This document shows, in pieces, positions 1 through 11,000 of a stretch of 64,000 nucleotides of DNA. The stretch covers positions 1,798,001-1,862,000 of the forward strand of contig CM035362.1 of assembly GCA_020137815.1 (NCBI GenBank). The letters are read 5' to 3'. Both the position numbers and the translations under genes were made by a program. Every line of letters starts with the position of its first letter. Within the stretch, counting starts at the first letter, position 1. A model generated the notes under the pieces. It saw nothing but the letters and a program-made list of their open reading frames with translations, was not told the origin of the DNA and did no database searches. Origin of the DNA: Hormiphora californensis (Eukaryota; Animalia; Ctenophora).

Positions 1-344
1 GTCACAGCAGAGGATGTGATCATGTCCCAGATAGGAAACAACCCTTATGTGAACTTCCAGAACCCGGGGGAGTTAGAGGAAGGGGATGGTGGAGGAGGGG
101 GAGAAGATGTGAGTGTGTTATGTACATTTTTGTCTCGAATTTGTTTTTCTACCCAACATATTAGAACCCCACCCCCCTTACAATACCCACCCTGTAATTA
201 TTTAATTACCCAGCTAATTAACTGATTAACTTCCAGAGACCAGGAATTGAGGATGGTTTGGAAGACGTTGAGGAAGGTAAAGAAGTGGTCCAGTACGAAT
301 GGGGGAAAGATGACAGCCATATACCTGCACCTTATTCCTTATGA
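1..344 (+). CDS. Last two coding exons of an unidentified gene (exons <1-108 and 237-344)
   Basis: Frame 1 is open (VTAEDVIMSQIGNNPYVNFQNPGELEEGDGGGGGED) up to a GTGAGT donor at 109. A TTCCAG acceptor at 236 gives an in-phase exon RPGIEDGLEDVEEGKEVVQYEWGKDDSHIPAPYSL*, and AATAAA follows near 418. No family recognised. Confidence 0.6.
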
Positions 345-1023
345 TACTCCGGGGGGACTGCTAGTATAGCAGAATACCACGAGAATACAGAACAAAGTAA
401 TTGGTAATTACTTGGAGAATAAAGTGATTAGTAATTACTTGCGCAATAACAATTACATTGATATCAGAGGTTGCGTCAGACAATTGGGCGTTGGTTTATT
501 GTTATTCAGAGTTCAAAGACTTTAGGCAGCGATTCATATCATATCGACAGCCCGATGGAAATATTGAGACCTGTATTTTGTACATGTAGATATGGTGGGA
601 GTGTAATAATGGCAAAACTAAGTTGTTCAGAACCAGAGTGATTAGTCCATCACGATGACTTTCTATTAATTTTGTTGAATTTTATCGACATCCAAAATAC
701 ATATAATTTTGTTCCTGTGAGATCTTGTAAACGATGGAAAGCTATATATCAGACAGCTTTGAGGGAGATTTCAAATTCTTGATATTTCTCGCATGAAAAA
801 GGTCTAATTGATAACTACTGGGAAAGTGGGAGTACTAAGTAGCCAGTTCGACGAAATGTCGAATGAGAAATATGCTCCTAAAAAGCAGCAAACCATATAG
901 GGGAGATGGAGATGAATTCGTTGGAAAATATCAGTTGGACAATGTACACTGTACAGCCCGCCACCCCATTGGCCTAGACCGTGCCCCAAATACAATTTTA
1001 AAAGAGGATCAACCCCCTGTCCC

Positions 1024-1929
1024 CTAATTATAGGTGTGATGGGTACCTTCTGTGAAGAGAATTTCCTCGACTTGTGTACTTGATCCATTACTGTATCGGT
1101 CTTTACTCCTGTAAATATAATGACAAGATATAATCTATGAAGATCGAGGGAAGCTGATCGCTATTAAAGTTGATTAAAATATGTCATAAATTTAATGAAA
1201 GCTCTTCTCAAATTGAAAATAAAACCAATGACGTACCGTCGTGAGTGAATTAAAACATGTATCTCAATTCTCAAAACCAATGACGCACTTCGTGGGTTGC
1301 ATATTTTGACAAGTTTGTGAGCCTCGGTAAAGATTCCACGATTAGCTGGGCATGTAAAGTACTGTTCCCCTCTCACTAGGCCACTGTGCCTCCCATCTAG
1401 TGGAGGTGGTAATAATTTAGAGTTAGAGGTTCTTATTTTTAAACCCTCTAAAAAAGTTACTAAGGTGACATGAAATGAGTTGTTGTGAAACTAGACCAAT
1501 GAAATGAGTGACAGGTCAAAAACAAGAAGATGTGTGCTAGTTAAATTACCTGGTGTATCAAGGGCTAGTCCCACCCAGGTTCCTGACTTCCCACGGACCT
1601 CCCCAATATACTTTACTACCCCCGCTTTATGCTCCTTACCTATACCAGGGAGGGAATGTGTTAGAACTTAGAAGTGTTCCCTATCTTGTTAGGGGACAGA
1701 GAGGGAAACACTGCCTAGTGCCACAGACCCCGATATAATCTGACTCAAAAAAGGGACTGGGACAGATGAAAAAGTCTCGAGAAAGATTGTCGTGTACCCC
1801 CCCCCCTTACCAATAAAGTCTTTATCCCCCCCCCCCCTTACCAATAAAGTCTTTATCGATCCAGGTGGTTTTCGCATCCGGGTACCATAGCACTTTCAAA
1901 CCCACCACTATATTCTTGGGGTTTAGCAT
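1024..1929 (-). CDS. Small CAP-Gly domain protein (exons 1929-1842, 1639-1550, 1396-1237, 1108-1024)
   Basis: Phase-consistent splicing gives MLNPKNIVVGLKVLWYPDAKTTWIDKDFIGKEHKAGVVKYIGEVRGKSGTWVGLALDTPDGRHSGLVRGEQYFTCPANRGIFTEAHKL..., matching the CAP-Gly consensus (GxVxYxG...WxGxxLD..GKNDG.V.G..YFxC....GxF). The last exon is less certain. Confidence 0.8.
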
Positions 1930-3170
1930 CGATCCTATTCAGTTCATTGGCTATACTAATAGGGAGAGAGAGGAGTTAGAATGATAATGAACGAATTCAG
2001 TACTGTACAGTATCAGGGGGCCGCATTTGTGAGGGAGGGTGGAATGCCAAGGGTTGCGGAAGGCAAGACGATTCTTGGCAACAGCAGTAACACGAGGAGA
2101 GTTAGACTGCGCGTCCGCGCACAGAGTGGTGTGCTTTTTACACTAGCAAGATGTTTGGGAAATGCGTTCAATTGAACTTTCATACTTTAGTACTGCACTA
2201 CTTCAATATCATGATGACTTCATGTGTGGACTTGATGTGCAGAATGAAATTTCTAAAGAACTTACACGTAAAAGAAATTTAACATTCATACATGGAGAGA
2301 GAACTCAAAAATCAGAAAAACAATAATAGAGATCATCTCCCTTTTCCTAATTCTGGATCACACACTCCTCAATCACACACCAAGTGTCATTTTAAAGTTT
2401 CTAAAAAATACCATTTTCGTTAATAATTATTTAACTGTATTTAATTGTAAATTACAAAACAGATGACACACAAGGTTACAATCAAAAGTTCATGGAAACA
2501 TACACAGCTGCTTGATATCTTTGCCTTGTTCGACCCTCCCTCCCCGGGTTTGAACAAAACGATCTTTGTTATGTTCTAGCCCTCATTTACATTTGTCATG
2601 CGGGGCACGGTGAAACAGGGTCGAGCAACGCAATGATACTTATCTTACACGCCAGGCGATTCTCGCTCATGAGTCCGACCCTTCTCTCCCTAGTGAGTGT
2701 ACCTACATTCCAAAAGTTAGTTTGAGAGAATTAGTATGAAGGATAATGCCACAACTCCAGGCTGGATCATAATACAATGTCACATTAGAAAGAAAGTATG
2801 CTTGTTGTGTACTATTTAGAGTGCTTCTTAGCCAATTATCAAGCTTTACAATATTGTACACACATTACTAAGCTATCGCACATTAAACAAAAATGCCGGC
2901 ATTTACGATTGTTCTAATTTTGGCTCTCTACTTTCTACAGATCTAGCTAAGTTACATGATTAATCCCAGATGTTATAAAACGTTCACGATACTAAAAGAA
3001 AACTTAAAAACATAAAATACATACAAGTAGGTACTGCACAAAAGTGATTTAACTCATGAAAAAATGAGTTGCCATATTAGCTTGATTATCTACTGCATGC
3101 AACGTTAGGCTTGTTCATAATTGATAATATCTAACCCAATTAAAGGGTCAAGCAACATGCTGGTATCCCT

Positions 3171-5942
3171 CTATTTGAATGTAAAGGTGGGGTATTGAGG
3201 TTGGTATCCCTTCAAATCCTCCTCCCCATCTTGCTGACCTCCCTGGAACAACTCTTCATAACTCGGCAACTGGGAACTATCACTACAGAACACTCCGTAG
3301 GTAGTTGGAGGTGGTGGAGCAGACGCACCTGGAGCAGCCCCAAATGGGGGTGGTGGTGATCCAGCGGGGGCTCCAAAAGGTGGCGGTGCTGATGCCCCAG
3401 CAGGTGGCGGTGCTGATCCAGCAGGGGCTCCAAAAGGTGGGGGTGCTGATGCCCCAGGAGCACTATATGGTGGTGCAGTGCCTCCCGCCATATCACCCTT
3501 ACTGGGTAATGGCCCTGCCTCATAACCTGGGGCTGTTGCAGAGTAGCTGGGTGGGGCTGAGGGATCTGGGGCAGGTACAAGTGGTTCATCTCCCACTACA
3601 ACAAACCCAGAGGGGCCAACATCGGAGCAAGGAGGGGCGTACCCCGCACCACCAGCAGGAGGTGGCGCCCATCCACCACTACCAGCACCCCCAGGAGGTG
3701 GGGCATAACCCCCTGTACCAGCGGGAGGAGCATAACCCCCTGTAGCAGGAGGTGGTGGTGCCCAGGGTATCATATCATTGAAGGGTATGGTACCAATATT
3801 AATAGGGAAATCCAGATCCAACGCAAAGTGAACACCAGGTGGCACAATGCGGATATGGAGATGATATTGAACATCAATAATACTACACCCATCAAGATTG
3901 GATGGTGGTAGACAGGGTACAAATACTTTGACATCGCTCCACTTTGCTACATCAGCCTTGTCCATCCCTGGCTGAGTAACAGCGTGTACCTGCGGTGGAA
4001 GGAATCTAAATGTGTGTTGTAAATTATATAGCAGTGTAATAATTGGACATGAAATTACTGAAATTACTGAAGTATACATGCTACTAAATCATGTGGTTCT
4101 TCTACAATAAAAACCCCGTCTACTCATTTTGTCCAGCCGGAAGGAGAAAACAAAACTTCCTCACTGATATGCGGCTAATAAACAATCAACCGATCCTTAT
4201 TCTCTACTAACTCATGTAATGGTAATGTTATAATGGTAATGGTAATGGTAATGTTACAGACTATGTGTATTAAATGTTACGATGTTTAAATGTTACCTTG
4301 CCACCCCCTTGTACCCCCTATTCCCACACCCGTAATGGTAATGTTACCTTAGTGTGGGTGCTCTCAGTGCGTCCCTGTGCCCGGAAAACTACTTTTTTCA
4401 TCAAATTCAGCTCACAGTGCTTTATCTTCACATCACTTTGATTATCAATCACACCTACAAAATGTGTGTTAGTTCCTTTGTTTGTTTGTTCGTTTGTTCC
4501 TTTGTTTGTTGGACAGAATCTTGTTTGGGGGCAGGATGGAATAAGTTGGGAGTTACTCAACAGCGTATTTACTAGGAGTTATCTTGCATTACCATATTTG
4601 TGGGACAAGCAATGCAATATTTTTTTGTTTGCTGAATGTTTGTTTGTCTGTTTTTCTGTTTGCTGTGTACGGTCAAGGAAAATTAGGAGGTAAAAGATTA
4701 AGTAATTCGAATTTCGATAGTACATTAATTTTGAAGCGAGGGGAAATGGGTCGGGAATCTAGATTCTAGATCACTAAATAAGAGGCCATCAGGGTTGCAA
4801 AACAACTGTAATTCGTCAGATGAAACTAACCTGATACGAGAATATTTTCACCGCTGACGAAGCCCTGCTTGTTAATACTAAGTGTAGCTGTAATGGGTTT
4901 ACTCTTCCAAAACAACACACCAAATGTTTTCTTGTTGATCTGCTGAAAGGGATTCCTATGTCCCGGGAAATAGTTGAGATCCCGAATACCAACAACAGAG
5001 AATGGCAGGAGTCGCTTAGTTGCCATGTGGAGCCCCTTCCTGTGAACATGTCCCTCCACAAAATACTTCACACTGCCATGGCGACCGATGAAGGAGCTGG
5101 GTAGGTTGGGTGGGAGGACGTAGCCAAATGGAAATGTGTAGACTACACCAGGTTCTAAGCGACCGTTAGGAGGGTTAAACACAGTCCACTTGGTAGCTAG
5201 ATACACCTCTTTTGAGTGGTACCGAACCGTCTCTGTTTTCCTGTTCTCACCACTACCTGGGAATTGGGAATTTAGTTTTTGTTAGTTGATAGTAGTTTAT
5301 CATTAATTTTCAGCATTTTTTCAGAATTTTTTGTCGGCTAGAAATATGTGCAAAATAGGGGGTCTAGTGACAAATGAGTGTGCCTTTTTTAAAATTGATA
5401 CTGGAATATCTCCGGTTCCTGATGAGATACAGAAACCGTTTTGGTAGCGTTGGAAAGGTCTTATTAAGGCCAATCCAACGCAACCAAGATCAAGTAGCTA
5501 TCTTTTGAGGAACCGGAAACGTGAATTTCAATTTGCGAGACGCAGTGAGTGTGCCCAGTAAAACCAGTGCTGACAATATCGGTAGACCCCCTATTTCGAA
5601 TTTTTTCTAGCCGACAAAAAATTCTGAAAAAATGCTGAAAATTAATGATAAATCAAAATAAGACGGTATACGAAAAGTTTTAGGTATCTTGTCAACCTTT
5701 AACGAACTGGAAGATTACAAGACTGAAATAAATTATTTTCTAATTATTTTCTAATGTTGTTCATTACCGGTAGTTCTAGTCACAGTCCATTCCGTATCAG
5801 CACGCCCAGAGAACTGAATAAACACCCCATTTGAATCCATTGGTTTCGTAACATGGAATGAGATGTGACCAGTGACATTCTGCCCGGCATAGAAAACCCC
5901 TGGTGTCTGGTCAAACACTAGGAAGAGGTTCTCTATTCCCAT
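3171..5942 (-). CDS. Alpha-arrestin (ARRDC-like) with a Pro/Gly-rich tail and PY motifs (exons 5942-5768, 5256-4831, 4454-4348, 3989-3171)
   Basis: Arrestin_N signatures (FYAGQNVTG; YTFPFGYVLPPNLPSSFIGRHGSVKYFV) and Arrestin_C signatures (KQGFVSGENI; LPPSNLDGCSIIDVQYHLHI; PINIGTIP). The tail has PPSY and LPSY motifs. All introns are GT-AG and in phase. Confidence 0.92.
5296..5698. mobile_element. Left-truncated copy of the TTAA-flanked MITE at 13626-14075 (in arrestin intron 1)
   Basis: Near-identical to 13626-14075. The right end GTCAACCT-TTAA is intact; about 45 bp of the left TIR is missing. Confidence 0.85.
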
Positions 5943-6292
5943 CCTAAAACAGAAGTAAACATTTGAATTATTTGTTCTCCAAACCGCAGCGCTGCAGCCT
6001 GTACATATATGTTCAATATGTAGTAGCTTAGAAAGAATAGTGGTAGGGATATGAGGTTTTGAATTGTTCATGCTATTTTAGGCGTGTACACATGACACTG
6101 TGTCAGGCGACTCAGATGGAGCCTCAGAAGTCAGAAATAGTTTGTATTTTGGAATATTTTGCTTTCAAAACAAAGTGGCAATTGAACCATAACAAGAGTT
6201 ATTTGCATTATGTACCCATAATGCTGAGTTTCCCTGTCCTAGTCGACTTATCATTCAACTCATCCAATGAGTCGGCTATCCACAGATATACT

Positions 6293-6757
6293 ATGGCGGC
6301 GCATTGACGCAAAATCAAAAAAATAAAAACATGAAAAAAATAAAAAAACGTGTTTCAAAAAACATGTTTTTAAAAAAATATGTTTTCGAAAATTTTGATT
6401 TTGCGTCAATGCGCCACGTAAGCCGGCTCAATGACGCAAAATCATGTTTTCGAAAATTTTTATTTTGCGTCAATGCGCCACGTGGCCGGCGCATTGACGC
6501 AAAATCAACTTTTTCGAAAACATGTTTTTTTCCGAAAATTTTGATTTTGCGTCAATGCGCCGGCCACGTGGCGCATTGACGCAAAATAAAAATTTTCGAA
6601 AACATGATTTTGCGCCATTGAGCCGGCTTACGTGGCGCATTGACGCAAAATCAAAATTTTCGAAAACATGTTTTTTTAAAAACATGTTTTTTGAAACACG
6701 TTTTTTTATTTTTTTCATGTTTTTATTTTTTTTGATTTTGCGTCAATGCGCCGCCAT
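6293..6757. mobile_element. Palindromic foldback MITE with a 9-bp TSD (Mutator-like)
   Basis: The termini ATGGCGGCGCATTGACGC...GCGTCAATGCGCCGCCAT are flanked by the direct repeat AGATATACT (6284-6292 and 6758-6766). The element is almost entirely self-complementary and built of GCGCATTGACGCAAAAT units. Confidence 0.85.
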
Positions 6758-6760
6758 AGA

Positions 6761-7053
6761 TATACTCCATTTTTTTCAACTGTTCACCCCCCAAAGTCGT
6801 GCGCGGATTTTTTTTTGCGCGTCTATCACATGTTAACGTGTAGCGCACACAGCGTAAATTAGAATATCGCATGCGCACGAGTTGGGGGGTGAACAGTTGT
6901 ATATTGTGTATTGAATAAAAATGGACTTTAAAGTCCGTTTCAAGCGACTTGACCCGTAATTCTTGGAATTTGGCGCATTGCGCGTGTATTTACAAAGGGG
7001 AAATCCTGAATTTCCAGGAATCTCAGGTCAAGTCGTTTGAAACGCACTTTAGG
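6761..7053. mobile_element. Two adjacent short MITEs of an AAGTC...GACTT-ended family
   Basis: 6761-6930 matches 24520-24676 in reverse, and 6929-7053 matches 25055-25182 in reverse. Both have short TIRs and TA flanks. Confidence 0.7.
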
Positions 7054-8084
7054 TGCCATTATGCTGTATTCACACGTTTTTAGAATTTTTTTTTTTTTTA
7101 GAATTTTTGGACAAAACGCAGAACAGATTTTTCAATTTAATTTCTCCAGTTTTCAGTCGTAATAAAGCCGCGCATTGATTCCTCAAATTTAAATGCGCGG
7201 CGTAAAATTGCGTCGTACTTCTTGTTTTAGGGCGTGTTTCGTAATTAGTACACGAAAGATCCTTACACGTATACTACAAATTACTTACTGTTACATTAAG
7301 TGATCTATCGGCATCAGTGATACTGTCAGTGTCAGTCAGACTAGACCGAGTCATTCAAACTAACCACCATGGACCAATAAAAGCCAAATAAAACGAGATT
7401 GAGCGGTTCTCTAAGTCTAAGTCTCATAGAAAAGCAAATTTACTTAAAGTTAAACGTAATTAAACAAATCAAAAAGAACAAAAATAATTTATAAAGTACA
7501 TTGCTCAGCAACGAAAAACTGGAAAAGTAAAAAAGAGCGCAAAACTAAAACCTGCGATTGCGATAATATTTATCTTGAGGGCAAAACGTCTCCTTCCTTT
7601 TTCATCACATGCTTTTTCTACTTCCATAATAATACGGGGATATAGCTCAAGTCCATGGAGTCCAAAATATTGTAATATATTGACTGCATGCAGCTGCCAG
7701 GCGAATGCTCTGGCCACAGTTCTCAGGCTGTCAGAGCATTGGCATGACCCTATTCTCATTTCTTCAAACAGCTGACAGGTCTGCAGATGAACAAGAGTCC
7801 TAAAATTGTTTAAAAGCATTAGCAGGAGGACCCCTGACGCAATCACACACTTTCCATTTTCCAGGATCACGATTCACGGTGATGAAACACACTTCAGTTG
7901 AGCAGTTAACAGTCGCTGGACATCTTTGATACCCACTGAGTAGAGGAAGGAGTTATATTAATTGGATGTAAAACAATCCCTAATATCATATAGGAACTTC
8001 CTATCATAATCAAGTTTCCTAAATTCTCACGGCCTCCCTTGCACCTCGGAAGATCTCCGGAGGTGCAAGGGAGGCCGACAGAGT

Positions 8085-11000
8085 TCAGATAACTGAGGCC
8101 TGTTGTAACCTCTTGTAACTAACCATGTGTCCAGTAGCACCATTAGCAGAGATACAAACTCCAAACATATCAAGACAGTGGGATGATGCAGGACAGTACA
8201 TTCCATTTGTACAGGGTGTCATATCCTGGCACCGGGTCGGAGATATAACAGCACTCATTTTACGTGTTGAGTCCTGTTGGGGGAGTTATATTGGAGAAAA
8301 CAGGCCTACAAGCAGATTTATACTTGGCTGTGACAGTCAAAAAAGAATTCTGCTTGTCTGCGTCGACAGTCGAATTAAACTGATAAAATCACTATCGTCT
8401 ATCAGCGGCCGTGTGGCAGTCAACTGTTACTATCCTAAGTGTAGTGTGCAGTGTACTTCTAACTACTAATTACTGCTGCAGTGCAGTGGGTTTAGCCTAC
8501 ATGTAGCCTGTAATTGGGAGTTTCAGTGTTTGGGTGTGTTCCAAGATTTTGGCTCCCTGGTGAGTTACTCTGTTGACAGTGCGCGCGCTACCAATTTACC
8601 CCCCTTTTGCGCCACCAACCCTTCCACAACCACTCCGCGCGCTACGTCGATATAGGAATTGTACACGGCTGCCCCAGGAGGACGTAACCAGGGTGTGAAC
8701 TGCATGTCGTGTTTGCTAGTCGCGAGCGCGCTTGCGAGACAAGCAAACACGTCAAGGTTCATTAACAAGCATGCTGCTCAGTCATTTTAGATTTAATACA
8801 CAATGTAAGGATACCATGTAATAGGTGAGACTCTTGCCGTCACCCTCGTTCAAGTCCCGTGAAAAACGGAGCAGTACACGCAAACTGATGCCCATTTTCC
8901 TCGCGTGACCCCGATTCAGCAGTTTGAGACACCAACTCTTTAGGGGGCCATATCTCAGGAACCAGACAAGATAGGAAAAATCGCCGTCTAATGAGGCGTA
9001 CAGTTTTTAATCTAGTTTACCACTGTACCGGCCGTTTCACTCTCCGACCTAAAACAAAAATCGCAACCCCACAAAACTTCAAAATAATGAAATTCGCATC
9101 TCGCATGTCGTGTTGCATGTCGTGTCATGTTATTGACGCGCTCGCGTTCAACTCTCACACAGCAGCTGCAGAACGTGGCGGGAAACATCGAGGAGTAGAG
9201 AGAGGGTCGGTGCCGAATCAAATATTTCTTGATCTTGATCTACTCCATCTCTCAGCTATCCTACCCCTCATCAACTCGATCTCTCAGCTACCCTACCCCT
9301 CATCTACTCCATCTTTCAGCTACCCTACCCCTCATCTACTCCATCTTTCAGCTACCCTACCCCTTATCTAGTCCATCTCTCAGCTACCCTACTCCTCATC
9401 TACTCAATCTCTCAGCTTCCCTATTAGGGAAGCATAGAGATGGAAACGATTAGGGGTAGGGAATCCCTATCCATAATCGTTTCCATCTCTATGCTTCCCT
9501 AGCCCTCATCAACTCCATCTTTCAGCTACCCTACCCCTAATCTAGTCCATCTCTCCGCTACCCTACTCCTCATCTACTCCATCTCTCAGCTACCCTACCT
9601 CCCATTTACTCCATCTCTCAGCTTCCCTACCTCCCATTTACTCCATCTCTCAGCTTACCTACCTCCCATTTACTCCATATCTCAGCTTCCCTACCTGCCA
9701 TTTACTCCATCTCTCAGATACCCTACCTCCCATTTACTCCATCTCTCAGCTTACCTACCTCCCATTTACTCCATCTCTCAGCTTCCCTACCTCCCATTCA
9801 CTCCATCTCTCAGCTTCCCTACCTCCCATTTACTCCATCTCTCAGCTACCCTACCTCCCATTCACTCCATCTCTCAGCTACCCTACCTCCCATTTACTCC
9901 ATCTCTCAGCTTCCCTACCTCCCATTTACTCCATCCCTCAGCTTCCCTACCTCCCATTTACTCCATCCTTGCCTCCCATTTACTCCATCTCTCAGCTACC
10001 CTACCTCCCATTCACTCCATCTCTCAACTACCCTACCTCCCATTTACTCCATCTCTCAGCTTCCCTACCTCCCATTTACTCCATCTCTCAGCTTCCCTAC
10101 CTCCCATTTACTCCATCCCTCAGCTTCCCTACCTCCCATTTACTCCATCTCTCAGCTTCCCTACCTCCCATTTACTCCATCTCTCAGCTACCCTACCTCC
10201 CATTTACTTCATCTCTCAGCTTCCCTACCTCCCATTTACTCCATCTCTCAGCTTCCCTACCTCCCATTTACTCCATCGCTTACCTTCCCTACCTCCCATT
10301 TACTCCATCTCTCAGCTTCCCTACCTCCCATTTACTCCATCTCTCAGCTACCCTACCTCCCATTTACTCCATTTCTCAGCTTCCGTACCTCTCATTTACT
10401 CCATCTCTCAGCTACCCTACCTCCCATTTACTCCATCTCTCAGCTTCCCTACCTCCCATTTACTCCATCTCTCAGCTACCCTACCTCCCATTTACTCCAT
10501 CGCTCAGCTTCCCTACCTCCCATTTACTCCATCTCTCAGCTACCTTACCTTCTATTTACTCCATCTCTCAGCTTCCCTACCTCCCATTTACTCCATCTCT
10601 CAGCTACCCTAGCTCCCATTTACTCCATCTCTCAGCTACCCTACCTCCCATTTACTCCATCTCTCAGCTACCTTACCTCCCATTTACTCCATCTCTCAGC
10701 TTACCTACCTCCCATTTACTCCATCTCTCAGCTACCCTACCTCCCATTCACTCCATCTCTCAGCTACCCTACCTCCCATTTACTCCATCTCTCAGCTTCC
10801 CTACCTCCCATTTACTCCATCCCTCAGCTACCCTACCTCCCATTTGATCCATATATCAGCTTCCCTACCTCCCATTTACTCCATCTCTCATTTATCCTAA
10901 CATTCCTACCCCTGAGAGATGGAGTAAATGGGAGGTAGGGAAGCTGAGAGATGAAGTAAATGGGAGGTAGGAAAGCTGAGAGATGGAGTAAATGGGTGGT

